Assembly: GCA_963740085.1 (NCBI GenBank)
Contig: CAVUCU010000007.1
Span: 1 to 64,000, forward strand
Source of the DNA: Nitrospirota bacterium
Lineage (GTDB): Bacteria; Nitrospirota; UBA9217
Direction: 5' to 3'
DNA length: 64,000 bases
Shown here: positions 49,213-60,871 of the stretch, piece after piece
Position numbering within the stretch: the first letter of the stretch is position 1
Layout: the number at the start of each line of letters is the position of its first letter
The notes under the pieces: model-generated
Database searches by the model: none
Told to the model about the DNA's origin: nothing
Seen by the model: only the letters and a program-made list of their open reading frames with translations
Translations under genes and position numbers: made by a program

Positions 49213-50631
49213 TTAATAAATATGCCAAGACAAGTATGAGACGGTGAATAAATACGCATGGATCGCCTGCGCCGCTTTTCTTCCGGCTCCGAGCGCAGAG
49301 ATGACGGTTGCGGACCCGGTCACGATGTCGCCGCCGGCGTACACCCCCGTGCGGCTGGTACGGCCCTTCTCGTCGGCGATGATGTAGCCGCAATTGTTGA
49401 CCGCAAGGTCACTGGTGCTCCGCGATACGAGCGGATTGGCGTTCGTTCCCACAGCCATGATCACCGTATCGGCCTTGACCAGGAACTCCGACCCCTTCTT
49501 CGGGAACGAACAACAGCGTCCAGATGCATCGGGCGCTCCCAGCTCCATACGCTCGCATTCAACGGCGGTCACATGGCCGTTCTCTCCGACGATCCTGACC
49601 GGACTCGTCAGGAGTTCGAAAATAAGACCTTCTTCCTTTGCATGATGGACCTCTTCCCGGCGCGCCGGCATCTCCGCTTCAGAGCGGCGGTAGATGATCA
49701 CCGTTTCCCGGGCCCCGAGGCGCATGGCGGTCCGGGCGGAATCAATGGCCACATTCCCTCCACCCACCACGGCGACACGCTCTCCCCTCCTGATCGGAGT
49801 ATCGTATTCCGGCGTCGAATAGGCCCGCATCAGGTTGATCCGTGTAAGAAACTCGTTGGCTGAATACACGCCGGAGAGATGCTCGCCCTCAATGCCCATG
49901 AATTTCGGCAACCCCGCTCCTGTTCCGATGAAGACGGCATCAAAATCCCGCATGAGTTCGTCCACGCTTATGAGTTTGCCTACCACGGCATTCGTGACGA
50001 TCTCAACGCCCATTTTTCTCAGGACCGCGATCTCACGAGCCACGATCCTTTTCGGAAGACGGAACTCGGGGATCCCGTAGACAAGCACTCCGCCCGCCTC
50101 ATGGAGGGCCTCAAAGATGGTCACCTTATGACCCAGTTTTGCGAGATCGTAAGCGCAAGCCAGACCGGACGGACCGCTCCCCACGATCGCGACCTTTTTT
50201 CCCGTCAGCACGACTGCCGTCGGAGCATCTTGCCGCCCCTGCTCGGCCGCCCAATCCGCAATAAACCGTTCCAGACGGCCGATGGCCACGGGTTCGAATT
50301 TTTTTCCAAGCGTGCAGCGTTGCTCGCACTGGGTCTCCTGGGGACAGACACGGCCGCAGACGGCGGGCAGGAGGTTTTCGCTCAGAATGATCTTGAGCGC
50401 CTGGTCGAACTCTCCCCCCTTGATCGCCTGGATGAACCGGGGTATGGGGACGCCCACCGGACAACCGGCAATACACTTCGGGTCCTTGCAGTTCAGACAT
50501 CGTCCCGCTTCCGTGCGCGCCATCTCCGGTGAGTAACCGAGAGAAACCTCGTCAAAGTTCGCTCGTCGCTTCCGGGGGTCCTGTTCGGGGATTGGTGTTT
50601 TATGCGGGATGATCTTTGACGGCTTGTTCAA
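49213..50631 (-). CDS. nfnB: NfnB / GltD-like NADPH-dependent oxidoreductase
   Basis: RCLNC, CGRVCPQE, YGIPEFRLPK; paired with nfnA. Confidence 0.85.
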   Translation of the reverse strand: MNKPSKIIPHKTPIPEQDPRKRRANFDEVSLGYSPEMARTEAGRCLNCKDPKCIAGCPVGVPIPRFIQAIKGGEFDQALKIILSENLLPAVCGRVCPQETQCEQRCTLGKKFEPVAIGRLERFIADWAAEQGRQDAPTAVVLTGKKVAIVGSGPSGLACAYDLAKLGHKVTIFEALHEAGGVLVYGIPEFRLPKRIVAREIAVLRKMGVEIVTNAVVGKLISVDELMRDFDAVFIGTGAGLPKFMGIEGEHLSGVYSANEFLTRINLMRAYSTPEYDTPIRRGERVAVVGGGNVAIDSARTAMRLGARETVIIYRRSEAEMPARREEVHHAKEEGLIFELLTSPVRIVGENGHVTAVECERMELGAPDASGRCCSFPKKGSEFLVKADTVIMAVGTNANPLVSRSTSDLAVNNCGYIIADEKGRTSRTGVYAGGDIVTGSATVISALGAGRKAAQAIHAYLFTVSYLSWHIY

Positions 50632-50685
50632 CTGAAAATACCTTTCAGCAATCAGGTCCGATGAAAAACCTTTCGTAGATACACA

Positions 50686-50829
50686 GCCACAAAAAGCACA
50701 TAAGTCACAAAATGAGCTTCTTAATTTCTATCTTTGGAGAACCATACTTTATCAGCTGAGATCTGATTACGCAACCCTAAGATATCCTTTTCGTTCCTCA
50801 CTTCTTGTGCCCTCGGTGCTTTATGTGGC
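50686..50829. repeat. Intergenic palindromic repeat (9-nt-periodic family)
   Basis: GCCACAAAAAGCACATAAGTCACAAAA...CTTGTGCCCTCGGTGCTTTATGTGGC. Confidence 0.65.
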
Positions 50830-50845
50830 CATCATGCCACGGTTA

Positions 50846-51712
50846 TTATTCACAAACAGGCTGCCTTTCTTTACCCAGCATCCGGTCGTGGCGCTGTTTC
50901 CATGTTTCGAAGGACTCCTGCTCTTCGCTCTTATAAGCCTTCTGTCGGTTCATGAGCAGGTCCCAGTCCACCAGGTGACCATCGAACTCGGGTCCGTCGG
51001 TACACGCGAATTTCGTCTCACCGCCCACGGACACGCGGCAACCGCCGCACATCCCGGTGCCGTCGATCATGATGGGGTTCAGGCTGACGATCGTCCTGAC
51101 GTTGAACGGCTTCGTGGCCTCGCACACGAACTTCATCATGATGGCCGGTCCCACGGCCATGACCAGGCCGGCGCCGACCATTTCCAGTTCCTGCTTCAGT
51201 GCCGTGGTCACGACGCCCTTTATTCCTTTGCTTCCGTCATCGGTCGTGACCAGCACCTTGTCGCTTACCTGCTGCATCTCCTGCTCATAGATCAGCAGGT
51301 CCCTGCTCCTCGCCCCCATGATGACCGTTACCGCGTTTCCCGCTGCCTTAAAGGCCCGCGCGATAGGGTAAAGCGGCGCTGCGCCGAAACCTCCGCCCAC
51401 AAGGATCACCTTGCCCACCTGTTCGATATGGGTCGGCATGCCCAGGGGGCCGCAGAGATCAAGGATGTCATCACCGGCCCGGCATTGCGACAACTCGGTC
51501 GTGGTCTTGCCGACGGCCATCACGATCAGGCTGATCGTCCCATCGACTGGATCGATATCCGCAAGAGAGAGGGGAATACGCTCGCCTCTGTCGTGGAGGC
51601 GAATGATTACGAACTGGCCGGGCAGCGCTTTCCTGGATATCAGGGGCGCGGCGATTTTATAATAATATACGTCGGGCGTACGAATGAGCCTTTTCTCAAG
51701 AATCTTGGCCAT
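50846..51712 (-). CDS. nfnA: NfnA / SudB ferredoxin-NADP reductase subunit
   Basis: GERIPL, DGTGMCGGCRV, CTDGPEFD. Confidence 0.9.
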   Translation of the reverse strand: MAKILEKRLIRTPDVYYYKIAAPLISRKALPGQFVIIRLHDRGERIPLSLADIDPVDGTISLIVMAVGKTTTELSQCRAGDDILDLCGPLGMPTHIEQVGKVILVGGGFGAAPLYPIARAFKAAGNAVTVIMGARSRDLLIYEQEMQQVSDKVLVTTDDGSKGIKGVVTTALKQELEMVGAGLVMAVGPAIMMKFVCEATKPFNVRTIVSLNPIMIDGTGMCGGCRVSVGGETKFACTDGPEFDGHLVDWDLLMNRQKAYKSEEQESFETWKQRHDRMLGKERQPVCE

Positions 51713-51851
51713 AGCGGGCTATACTACCACATTAAAAAGAACTTTTTCCACCATTAAATTTTCAGGGGGGCTTCTCTCATGAAGCAGGGGAAGACTCTGC
51801 GCAAACCGGGTGCTGCACATTCACCTGTCTTTTTCACGGCTCTTTACCCGC

Positions 51852-52757
51852 CTACTTGCAGATCTCGTCCTGTTTGCACATGCCTTCTTCCCCTGCCGAC
51901 ACGCTCGGCTCCGTCAAGAGGAAGGGCTGAATGAACATATCGCCCGCAGCACCTGTTCCCGGCGCAGAAACAGCGCGCGACGCGTCCTCTTTTGTTTTTC
52001 TCCCGTCGCCCGCCTTGGTTTCCTGCGGCAGCGTGCAGGCCACCAGGTAGCGGAGGATCGCCTCTTTGCCGGTTATGAAGATCTTTTGAGAAGGACTGTT
52101 CACCATGAGCGTTGGGACGGTATCGATACCCATGCTTTTCAGGAAGGTGGAATATTCGGCAACATTGAGATGCTTCACGTTGATCTTCTTTTCATCAAGG
52201 TTTTGTATCACCTCAGCGCAATACTTGCAGTCCTTGCTGAAAAACAGGATGAAACGGTCACCGGCGGGAAGGTCAACAGGAACACCCGCCGGCATCACCA
52301 GATAGAGCAGGCTGAAGACGGCCACGAGGGACAGGAATCCCGCGATGACCTCTCGTTCTCCCTCAAGGAGCCTGACGATCCCAAGGACGACAATGACCGC
52401 GAAGATAATGAGGCAAAAAAGACAGGGGGTATGGATGCTGAAGGCCTGATACCCGGTGAAGAACCCTTCGCATGCCAGAGACACGATCAGGAGCAGGTTG
52501 ATGTACGAACCTGCATTGGTTTTGCTCCAATAGATGTCCAGGAGCGATAAGAGCGCCAGCACAGAGAAGGTCGCGAGACCGATGAGCAGGATCGAGATGT
52601 CGCCGTAGCGAACATACTGCGCCACGACCTTGCATCCCTCGGTCTGGCAGATGCTCCTGCCGAAAGAATTCATGACGATCTCCGTCAGGACAAAGACCGC
52701 TGCCAGCGAGCTCAACGCAAAAAAGATTCTTTTGTAAACTTGTTTTCCGTTCTGCAT
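51852..52757 (-). CDS. VKOR-like membrane protein with C-terminal thioredoxin-like domain
   Basis: CQTEGC loop, TM CLFC, then FFSKDCKYC...VPTL. Confidence 0.65.
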   Translation of the reverse strand: MQNGKQVYKRIFFALSSLAAVFVLTEIVMNSFGRSICQTEGCKVVAQYVRYGDISILLIGLATFSVLALLSLLDIYWSKTNAGSYINLLLIVSLACEGFFTGYQAFSIHTPCLFCLIIFAVIVVLGIVRLLEGEREVIAGFLSLVAVFSLLYLVMPAGVPVDLPAGDRFILFFSKDCKYCAEVIQNLDEKKINVKHLNVAEYSTFLKSMGIDTVPTLMVNSPSQKIFITGKEAILRYLVACTLPQETKAGDGRKTKEDASRAVSAPGTGAAGDMFIQPFLLTEPSVSAGEEGMCKQDEICK

Positions 52758-52998
52758 TTCGCTTTAAACTCTCCCGCTCTGGTAAATCTGTGCTGCGCAG
52801 TGTACACCCGTAAGCGAAAAACTTCAACACCCTCCCTGGTACGGGGAAGGGGAAGTCTTTGACACGGATTTGCACGGATAAAATTCGGATAACAGCGGAT
52901 CATTCCAAAAAGAGTGTTTCTCCCGGCTCGTGACAGCTGAGCAGAAGAATAATTCGTTTTTTATCCGCTTTATCGTATGGCAATCCGCACCTTCAGTG

Positions 52999-53457
52999 TC
53001 AAATGCTGCTCTTTACCGGGACCACCAGCACCTTGCAGGGCGCGTGACCGATGACCCTGGAAACAACGCTGCCCATCATAAGCCGGGTAAGCCCGGTCCG
53101 GCCGTGGCTTCCCATGATGATGGTACTGACCTTGCGTTTTTTCGCCTCCGCGACAATATCCTTGTAAGGCTCGTCACCCAGGTGCAGGATGATCTCGCAT
53201 TTGATGCCTTCCCCGGCGGCCCTCGTTTTTATCCCGTCGAGATATTTTCTCATTTGCCTTTCGAGCTTGTCCGCGGACTTCGCATCCCATATTTCGACCT
53301 CGGCGTTCACCTCGATCACCATCAAAACATATAAGGTGCTCGAACAGGCACTGGCTATCTTGATCGCCTCGTGAACTGCCGTTTTGCTGAATCCCGAACC
53401 GTCCGTGGCAACCAGCAATTTCCCGAATCCCGGTGTTGGACATATCCGTTTTGCCAT
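52999..53457 (-). CDS. Universal stress protein
   Basis: LVATDGS, MGSHGRTG, MGSV. Confidence 0.92.
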   Translation of the reverse strand: MAKRICPTPGFGKLLVATDGSGFSKTAVHEAIKIASACSSTLYVLMVIEVNAEVEIWDAKSADKLERQMRKYLDGIKTRAAGEGIKCEIILHLGDEPYKDIVAEAKKRKVSTIIMGSHGRTGLTRLMMGSVVSRVIGHAPCKVLVVPVKSSI

Positions 53458-53519
53458 TGATGCCTCCCTGTAGTGAGATTAAATGACTTGGTTTATAAAG
53501 ATCTTTTAAACCCTGGTTT

Positions 53520-53588
53520 AACCACAGAATCACGGAGAACAGAACTATTAATATGCTTTACTCCTCCGTGTCTCAGTGTCTCCGTGGT
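53520..53588. repeat. Intergenic palindromic repeat
   Basis: AACCACAGAATCACGGAG...CTCAGTGTCTCCGTGGT. Confidence 0.65.
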
Positions 53589-53622
53589 AAATTCCAGCTG
53601 TATTGCACCTGATTCTTTGATG

Positions 53623-54939
53623 TTACAGAAGCGTAGCCGCAAGCTCCGCAAGGTCGGAGCGCTCTCCCTTAACAAGCGTAATGTGTCCGGCAATGGACTC
53701 TTCCTTGAACCGGTCCACCACGAAGGTCAGGCCGTTGCTCGACGAATCGATGTAAGGATTGTCGATCTGGTACGGGTCGCCGGTCAGTACCACCTTGGTC
53801 CCTTCGCCCGCACGGGTAATAATCGTCTTGATCTCGTGCGGAGTCAGGTTCTGCGCCTCGTCGACGATAAGGTACTGGTTCGGCATGCTGCGGCCGCGGA
53901 TGTAGGTGAGCGGCTCCACCTCGATCATGCCGAGATCAAAGAGGCTCTGAAGGTCCTTCTTGCCCTTGACCCGCCCGGGCCCCCCCGAGGACCCCACGAG
54001 GAAGTCGAGGTTGTCACGGATCGGCTGCATCCAGGGCCTGAGCTTCTCTTCAATGTCTCCGGGCAGGTACCCGATGTCCTTGCCCAGGGGGAACACGGGG
54101 CGGGACACGACAAGCCGCTGGAACGTCCGCGCCTCGATGGTCTTCTCCAGTCCCGCGGCGAGCGCCAGAAGCGTCTTGCCCGTTCCGGCCTTTCCCACGA
54201 GCGTGACCAGCCGGATATCGTCGTTCAAGAGCAGGTCGAGGGCAAACTGCTGCTGTTTGTTCTTGGCCGAGATCCCCCAAACGCCGTGCTTCGCGGTCGT
54301 GATCGGGACAAAAACGCTTTTCTGCTTGCTATACCGGGCCAGGGCCGTCTGTGATTCGTTGGCGTTATTCTTAAGCAGCGCGAACTGGTTAGGGAAGAAC
54401 TGCTGGTCAACGGGCTTCATCTCTCCCCTGGCATAGAATTCGTCGATCGCCCCCGGCGGTACCAGCAGTTCGGTCTCTCCGGAGTACAGCTCATCGAGCA
54501 TGATCGTGTCCGACTCATAGTCTTCCGCCGTCATGCCGAGCGCGTCAGCCTTGATCCGGAGGTTCGTGTCCTTGGTCACGAGGATCACCGGCAGGCCGTC
54601 ATTCTTCAGGTTGAGTGCCGTGGAAAGGATCCGGTTGTCCGCCTTGGCCGCGATCAGCTCGCTCGGCAGGCACTCCGGCGACTGATGGTTGAGCTCCACC
54701 CGCAGGTTCCCGCCGCCCTCGAGCTTCACGCCCAGCGAGAGCTTTCCCTTGAGCCGGTGCTCATCGAGTATCCGCGAGACCTGGCGTGCGTTCCTGCCGA
54801 TCTCATCAACGCCTTTTTTGAATTTATCGAGTTCCTCGATCACGACGATCGGGATCACCACGTCGTTGTCCTCGAACGAAAAGATCGCCCGCGGGTCGTG
54901 GAGCAGCACGTTGGTGTCCAGAACGAATATTTTTTTCAT
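53623..54939 (-). CDS. PIN-PhoH (PhoH2) protein
   Basis: VLDTNVLLHDP; GKAGTGKT; RGRS; DEAQN. Confidence 0.93.
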   Translation of the reverse strand: MKKIFVLDTNVLLHDPRAIFSFEDNDVVIPIVVIEELDKFKKGVDEIGRNARQVSRILDEHRLKGKLSLGVKLEGGGNLRVELNHQSPECLPSELIAAKADNRILSTALNLKNDGLPVILVTKDTNLRIKADALGMTAEDYESDTIMLDELYSGETELLVPPGAIDEFYARGEMKPVDQQFFPNQFALLKNNANESQTALARYSKQKSVFVPITTAKHGVWGISAKNKQQQFALDLLLNDDIRLVTLVGKAGTGKTLLALAAGLEKTIEARTFQRLVVSRPVFPLGKDIGYLPGDIEEKLRPWMQPIRDNLDFLVGSSGGPGRVKGKKDLQSLFDLGMIEVEPLTYIRGRSMPNQYLIVDEAQNLTPHEIKTIITRAGEGTKVVLTGDPYQIDNPYIDSSSNGLTFVVDRFKEESIAGHITLVKGERSDLAELAATLL

Positions 54940-55000
54940 GAACGATCCTTTAAAAAGAATTTAACGCCTTAACACGAACATACATGAAACAAAACCTCGG

Positions 55001-55097
55001 AACCGCCAAGGCGCGAAGGTCGCGAAGGAGTGCTCAGATTTTTCAGTTCAAGCCAGGAGGAAAAGCCTTCCTTTGCGTCCTTGGCGGCTTCGCGGTA
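55001..55097. repeat. Intergenic palindromic repeat (9-nt-periodic family)
   Basis: AACCGCCAAGGCGCGAAGGTCGCGAAG...CTTTGCGTCCTTGGCGGCTTCGCGGT. Confidence 0.8.
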
Positions 55098-55134
55098 AAT
55101 TTCTTTTCCATTCTGCGATGAATTATATTTGCAA

Positions 55135-55758
55135 CTATCCCAGGATCTCCCTCGAAGGTATCGCCCCTTCCCTGATCATTCTCGGTTCATCCCCGCTCAC
55201 ATCCACGACCGTCGAAGGGTTGCCGCCTTCGGTCCTGCCTCCGTCGAGGACCAGATCGACCATCCCCCCGATCGCCTCAGCCGCCTCCCGTGCTGTGCGC
55301 GGATTTTTCCCGCCCGAGATATTCGCGCTCGTACCGGTAAGCGCGGTGCCGAGAGATGCAAGTAAAAGCCGCGTCAGCTCATTTCCGGGAACTCTGAGCC
55401 CGATCGTCTCCGAGCCGCCGGTCAGTTCCACCATCACCCCCGGCTTTGCTTTGAACACGAGGGTGAGCGGACCGGGCCAGAATTTTTTCATGAGCCCCTC
55501 CGCGCGCGGCGTGATCACCGCTGCCCAGTCCGGCACCTCGTCTGGATCCCTGATCAGCAGCAGGATCGGCTGGTCAGCCTGCCTGCCTTTGATGGCGAAC
55601 AATTTTCTGACCGCTTCGGGATTCCTGGGATCCGCGCCCAGGCCGTACAAGGTGTCGGTCGGGTACACGATGAGGCCGCCGGCACGGATCACGTCCCTGC
55701 AGCGGGAAAAAGCTTTTTCGGGATGGGCGGGATCGATCTCAACTATCGGTGTCCGCAT
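55135..55758 (-). CDS. tsaC: L-threonylcarbamoyladenylate synthase
   Basis: PTDTLYGL, KGR, WPGPLT, TSANISG. Confidence 0.93.
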   Translation of the reverse strand: MRTPIVEIDPAHPEKAFSRCRDVIRAGGLIVYPTDTLYGLGADPRNPEAVRKLFAIKGRQADQPILLLIRDPDEVPDWAAVITPRAEGLMKKFWPGPLTLVFKAKPGVMVELTGGSETIGLRVPGNELTRLLLASLGTALTGTSANISGGKNPRTAREAAEAIGGMVDLVLDGGRTEGGNPSTVVDVSGDEPRMIREGAIPSREILG

Positions 55759-55828
55759 ATGACATGCTCGCCGCGCATAGCAGATCGCGGAATACGGATT
55801 TCTGATGAAGTCCACCCCGCGCTCCGCA

Positions 55829-56683
55829 CTAGCTCGCCCCTCCCGTCAGTACGATATCCCCATTCCGGCGCTTCAGAAAGGCGGCTACGACAGGGCACTT
55901 GACCTTAAAGAGAAAAAAGATGCGCTTATCGTTCTCCTGTTCCAGCGTTTCATAATTCGCCTGGCCCTTGCTGATGATCAGATCGGCCGATCGGTACGCA
56001 TCCATGAATTGCATTGAACACGCTTCCAGCAGCGTTCCGATGCCGTCATTGCCGTTGTCGATCACCGTGGCGCATTCATGGAGACCAGCGGCATGCGCGT
56101 CGTCGAGCGTGGCATCGTTGATCACCGGAGAGCCTTTGACGACGGCGACCACGTCCTTCCCGCTGTCGCGCAGGATCTCGAGCAGGACCCGGTCGAACAC
56201 GATCTCTCCGGCATTATCGCAGAGGTAGAGGATACTGCGCGCGCGCTGGACCGCCCGGGAAAAATTGCGAAGATCGGTTTCGGACAAGGGCAGTCGGAAA
56301 GACTCTTCCAGAGAGCGGTCCAGATCAACGCTGTCGTAAATACCGAAATCGATCACGTTGCCGGCGATCGCGATCCGCACGCCGCCTTCAAGACGATCGG
56401 CTGCTCCGGCGGCCATGCGTCTCAGGGCGGGAAGACGGTCGAGCGCGCTTTGGTTATACGTTTCCTTGAGCAGCTTATAGGGGTCGACGCCGGTCCCGTC
56501 ACGCAGGATCCGATGAATATGCGTGGTGGTCCTGGCAGGGACCTCGTCAAGGGAAGCGTCCTCGATCACCTTTTCCGCCATGCGGCCGATGCCGCGCCCC
56601 CGGTCGCCGTTCACCCCGGCGTGGTTCAGCGAGCGGGTTATCTGCCCGAAGAAGCAGGGCAGACACTCGAGCTCGGTCTTCAT
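55829..56683 (-). CDS. ARMT1/DUF89-family phosphatase
   Basis: AGNVIDFG, DNAGE, KGQANYE. Confidence 0.9.
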   Translation of the reverse strand: MKTELECLPCFFGQITRSLNHAGVNGDRGRGIGRMAEKVIEDASLDEVPARTTTHIHRILRDGTGVDPYKLLKETYNQSALDRLPALRRMAAGAADRLEGGVRIAIAGNVIDFGIYDSVDLDRSLEESFRLPLSETDLRNFSRAVQRARSILYLCDNAGEIVFDRVLLEILRDSGKDVVAVVKGSPVINDATLDDAHAAGLHECATVIDNGNDGIGTLLEACSMQFMDAYRSADLIISKGQANYETLEQENDKRIFFLFKVKCPVVAAFLKRRNGDIVLTGGAS

Positions 56684-57378
56684 TCCGTCGGTCCCTGGGG
56701 CGTGTCGGCCCCTCCTGGTTTTTTCTTCCGCCGTCTGCGCCTTGGCTTCTTCTTGGCAAGGGCATTCTCGACAAGGGGCTCCGCTTTCACGGCGGGCGCG
56801 GTCATTTTGGCAGGCGCCGATACCTTGACCGGCGCCGATATCTTGATCGGAGCCGAAACCTTAACAGGCGTGGCCATCGGGTTGAAAGAGAGGAGCCGCT
56901 TGGCCTTTTCCTCCACATCGCGTTCCATCTCGACCTTGAAGACCTTGAGGCGGTTCGCCACCTTCACGTCGCTCACGGCGATTATCTGCGCAGCGAACAC
57001 TCCCGCGTTCTTGGCGCCCGCCTTGCCGAGCGACATGGTCGCCACCGGCACGCCGCCCGGCATCTGCACGGTGGCGAGAAGCGCGTCGAGCCCCTTGAGC
57101 GGGGACGAATCGATCGGCACGCCGATCACCGGCAGGGTGGTCTGCGACGCCACCACCCCGGCAAGGTGCGCTGCCCAGCCCGCTCCGGCTATGATCACCT
57201 TGAGACCGCGCTTCTCCGCGCTCGAGCTGTATTCGAGCACCTTCTTCGGCGTGCGGTGCGCTGACGCGATCGTCATCTCGTACTCGATCCCGAACTCCTG
57301 GAGCATTGCCCCTGCCTCCTGCATCACCGGCAGGTCGGAATCGCTCCCCATCAATATCCCCACAACTGGTTTAGCCAT
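56680..57378 (-). CDS. purE: N5-CAIR mutase with basic C-terminal extension
   Basis: MGSDSD, SAHRTP, AAHLAG, QMPGGVPVAT. Confidence 0.95.
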   Translation of the reverse strand: MAKPVVGILMGSDSDLPVMQEAGAMLQEFGIEYEMTIASAHRTPKKVLEYSSSAEKRGLKVIIAGAGWAAHLAGVVASQTTLPVIGVPIDSSPLKGLDALLATVQMPGGVPVATMSLGKAGAKNAGVFAAQIIAVSDVKVANRLKVFKVEMERDVEEKAKRLLSFNPMATPVKVSAPIKISAPVKVSAPAKMTAPAVKAEPLVENALAKKKPRRRRRKKKPGGADTPQGPTE

Positions 57379-57426
57379 ATGGCCCCCTTCTATATAATCT
57401 CTGAATGTAATATCACCATAAACGTT

Positions 57427-57537
57427 AACCGCCAAGGCGCGAAGGTCGCGAAGAAGGACCCAGCGACGTAACCACAGGGGGTTATCTCTGCCTTGATAAA
57501 ACCACGATCCTCTTCGCGTTCTTTGCGTCTTCGCGGT
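57427..57537. repeat. Intergenic palindromic repeat (9-nt-periodic family)
   Basis: Left arm identical to the 55001 copy over 27 nt. Confidence 0.8.
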
Positions 57538-57577
57538 AATTATTTTCGTTTCTGCAAAGTTTCATCAGCAACTAACA

Positions 57578-58369
57578 TCACAGCTCTTTCGGATCTGAAA
57601 CAAAAACGGTTTCAACGCCAAAGGTCTTTTGAATGACCGGCATCAACGCCTTGACGCCGACGGTTTCCGTGGCATAGTGGCCGGCGACAAGAAGGTTCAT
57701 GCCGTATTCCTTTGCCGCATTATACACGGCCAGATCGATCTCGCCGACGAGAAAACAACCGAGCTTGTCAACACACGCCTCTTTCAGCATGCCCCCGCCC
57801 CCGCCCGAGACAATGCCGATCGAACGGACGCGCTTGTTCCCAAATCTGAACACGCGGCACGACGTGTCCAACGTTTCGTTCAGGACCGAGGCCAGGGTGT
57901 CCAGGGCGGTCGCCTTTTTGAAGACGCCCGCATAGCCGATCCTGATGCCGTGATACCGGCCGAACCTTCTCGGTCCCCGCGCGCCCAGGATACGGAGCAA
58001 CTGCATGTTGTTCCCGTATTCCTCGTGGAGATCGAGCGGCAGATGCGCGGCATAAAGCGCAATATTATTTCTCTTCAAGTGCTCCGCTCTTCCGGTCTCG
58101 AGGTCCCGGTCCTTTTGCGGCCTCCACTTGATGCCATGGTGAACGACAAGGAGATCGACACCGAGCTTTTTTGCCTTCACAAAGGTGGAGACGCAGGCGT
58201 CAACGGCAAAACCGACCTTCCTTATTTCGCCGCTCTTGCGGGACCTCACCTGCAGGCCGTTCACGGAAGCGTCTTTGATCTTTCCGACCCGCAGCGTCTT
58301 GTTCAAAAAACCCGTGATGTTCCTGATCGTCGCCCGGCGCATGTTACCTTTTGGCCTCCGCATTCTCAA
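57578..58369 (-). CDS. Nif3-like dinuclear metal protein
   Basis: NGLQV, HHG, HLPLD, GHYATE. Confidence 0.92.
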   Translation of the reverse strand: MRMRRPKGNMRRATIRNITGFLNKTLRVGKIKDASVNGLQVRSRKSGEIRKVGFAVDACVSTFVKAKKLGVDLLVVHHGIKWRPQKDRDLETGRAEHLKRNNIALYAAHLPLDLHEEYGNNMQLLRILGARGPRRFGRYHGIRIGYAGVFKKATALDTLASVLNETLDTSCRVFRFGNKRVRSIGIVSGGGGGMLKEACVDKLGCFLVGEIDLAVYNAAKEYGMNLLVAGHYATETVGVKALMPVIQKTFGVETVFVSDPKEL

Positions 58370-58407
58370 GTGGTCCCGGCCCGGACAAGCCGGAACTAAA
58401 AACGTGG

Positions 58408-58493
58408 AACCGCGAAGGCGCGAAGGAGTTCTAATTCTATGTTTAAATACCAGGAGTTAAGGATTTCCTTAGCGTTCTTTGCGCCCTGGCGGT
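58408..58493. repeat. Intergenic palindromic repeat (9-nt-periodic family)
   Basis: AACCGCGAAGGCGCGAAG...CTTTGCGCCCTGGCGGT. Confidence 0.75.
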
Positions 58494-58536
58494 AAATTTT
58501 TTTTGCCGTTTTGAGAAGAGTTTGACTCCTTAGTTA

Positions 58537-59816
<1,280 letters not shown>

Positions 59817-59924
59817 TTAACTCCTTGTAATAGACCAGCAGATATCAGCACGTGGATCCGCTGAGCGAACTGCACGATGGACGACCGTTCGCTTCGCTCA
59901 CTAAGACGTTGGACGTAAAAGACT

Positions 59925-60749
59925 CTACGTCTCTCGTCCCTCTCGTTTCATTCCCTCATTCATGCTTCCCGTCCGGTATCCTGCGAGGTCCAGACAAACG
60001 TAGGTATAGCCGATCTCCTTGAGCGCCGCCGTGATGCGCTCCGCAACGCCGTCCGAAAGCAGCTTCGTAAACTCCGCGCGATCAACCTCGATCCGCGCCG
60101 TGTCCCCGTGGTGCCGCACGCGCACCTGGCGGAATCCGCGGGCGCGCAGCTGGTCCTCTGCTGTCTGAATTGACTTGAGTATCCTGGGCGTGATCCGTGT
60201 ACCATAGGGGATCCGGGAGGAAAGGCAGGCGAGCGAAGGTTTGTTCCAGACAGGAAGTTCAAGACCGCGGGCGAGCTCCCGGACCTCTGACTTCGAAAGT
60301 CCGGCCTCGACAAGAGGGCTGCGCACGCCATGTTCCTCCGCGGCCCTTCGGCCCGGACGATAGTCGATCAGGTCGTCGATGTTCGAACCTTCGAGGACAA
60401 AAGTGATCCCTTCTGTATCGGCAAGCTTCCTGAGCTTTTCAAACAACTCCTTCTTGCAGTGATAGCAGCGGTCCGGGGAGTTCCGGACAAAGGCTTCCGA
60501 GGCGAGTTCTTCCGTACGGAGGATCCGGTGGGTGACGCCCAGAGACCGGACAAAGTCCTTGGCCGACTGCAGTTCACCGGCGGGATAGGTCTCGGAAACA
60601 GCGGTAGCTGCAATGAGGCCCGCACCCATGACTTCGGAAGCGGCCCTGAGCAGAAGCGAGCTGTCCACCCCGCCGGAATAGGCGAGAACGGCCGGTTTCA
60701 TCTCGTGAAGCAGTGCCTTGAGGCGTTCCCATTTTTGTTCGGTCGGCAT
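59925..60749 (-). CDS. larE: ATP-dependent sacrificial sulfur transferase
   Basis: SGGVDS, RCYHCK, DYRPG, ACLSSR. Confidence 0.9.
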   Translation of the reverse strand: MPTEQKWERLKALLHEMKPAVLAYSGGVDSSLLLRAASEVMGAGLIAATAVSETYPAGELQSAKDFVRSLGVTHRILRTEELASEAFVRNSPDRCYHCKKELFEKLRKLADTEGITFVLEGSNIDDLIDYRPGRRAAEEHGVRSPLVEAGLSKSEVRELARGLELPVWNKPSLACLSSRIPYGTRITPRILKSIQTAEDQLRARGFRQVRVRHHGDTARIEVDRAEFTKLLSDGVAERITAALKEIGYTYVCLDLAGYRTGSMNEGMKREGRET

Positions 60750-60871
60750 CTGGGCGATAATAGCATAGCTTGAACGGGGGTGTCAATAAAGTCCTGCACC
60801 CGGTCAGGCCGCAGCAAGGATAAGGCAATTACTAAAGAATCAAATTCTTCTCAAAATGAAAACATAATTCA

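Noticed and set aside
49213-50631. Glutamate synthase
   Set aside because: No large subunit; pairing with the NfnA-type gene indicates the NfnAB transhydrogenase.
25648-57397. Long antisense ORFs (e.g. 25648-26703, 41648-42973, 46194-47258, 56078-57397)
   Set aside because: Shadows of well-supported genes in GC-rich DNA, with no recognisable motifs.
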